From NCBI GenBank assembly GCA_030390025.1, contig CM059430.1:62186001-62250000 (forward strand): a stretch of 64,000 nucleotides of DNA, given 5' to 3'. How positions within the stretch are numbered: position 1 is the first letter of the stretch; each line of letters opens with the position of its first letter. A program made the translations under genes and the position numbers. Below the pieces are notes generated by a model, which was not told where the DNA came from, ran no database searches, and was given only the letters and a program-made list of their open reading frames with translations. Shown here piece after piece: positions 63,611-64,000 of the stretch. Source of the DNA: Squalus acanthias (lineage: Eukaryota).

Positions 63611-63960
63611 TAAGAACATCAGAACATAAGAAATAGGAGCAGGAGTAGGCCATTCGGCCCTTCGAGCCTGCACCGCCATTTAATGAGATCATGGCTGATC
63701 TTCTGCCTCAACTCCATTCACCGGCCCTATCGCCATATCCCTTGATGCCCTTACTAGTCAGAAATCTATCGACTTCTGTTTCGAATATACACAATGACTG
63801 AGCCTCCACAGCCCTCTGGGGTAGTGAATTCCAAAGATTCACCACCATCTGTTGGAAGACATTTCTTCTCATCTCAGTCCTGAATGGCCTACACTTTATC
63901 TTGAGGCTGTGGCCCCTGGTTCTAGACTCCCCAGCCAAGGGAAACATTCTCCCAGCACCA
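63611..63960 (-). mobile_element. CR1 LINE 3' fragment
   Basis: RTRGH...VVNLWNSLPQRAV. Confidence 0.82.
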
Positions 63961-64000
63961 TGACATTGGATCATGAGATTAGTAATTAAGTAGCTGCATT

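Overview
Eukaryotic, repeat-rich vertebrate DNA. The repeat content (Deu-domain tRNA-SINEs, V-SINE, CR1, L2 and Penelope-type fragments) points to a cartilaginous fish; this is inference. The core is a tandem cluster of non-rearranging immunoglobulin-superfamily receptor genes on the minus strand with exon order leader - VJ-type V domain - one C1 domain - TM - cytoplasmic exons. Gene A (16329-4112, ~316 aa) has one ITIM. Gene B (35800-29969, 374 aa, fully open) has a SIRPalpha-like tail with four tyrosine motifs. For gene C only the 3' exons (60062-58433) are in the window: its TM carries Arg where A and B have Gly, its first cytoplasmic splice donor is lost and both ITIM exons are decayed. 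This is the pattern expected of an activating member of a paired inhibitory/activating receptor family. A heavily decayed leader-V-C1 relic may lie on the plus strand at ~45.5-48.3 kb. The rest is two decayed two-gene PIF/Harbinger transposons (Myb/SANT gene plus DDE transposase), nested Harbinger-type MITEs with covarying hairpins and AWT target duplications, many CR1/L2 LINE pieces including a near full-length CR1, SINEs, and a near-identical 1379-bp-offset duplication at the window start. All gene models were read by eye from splice sites and phases and have not been checked against transcripts or databases.
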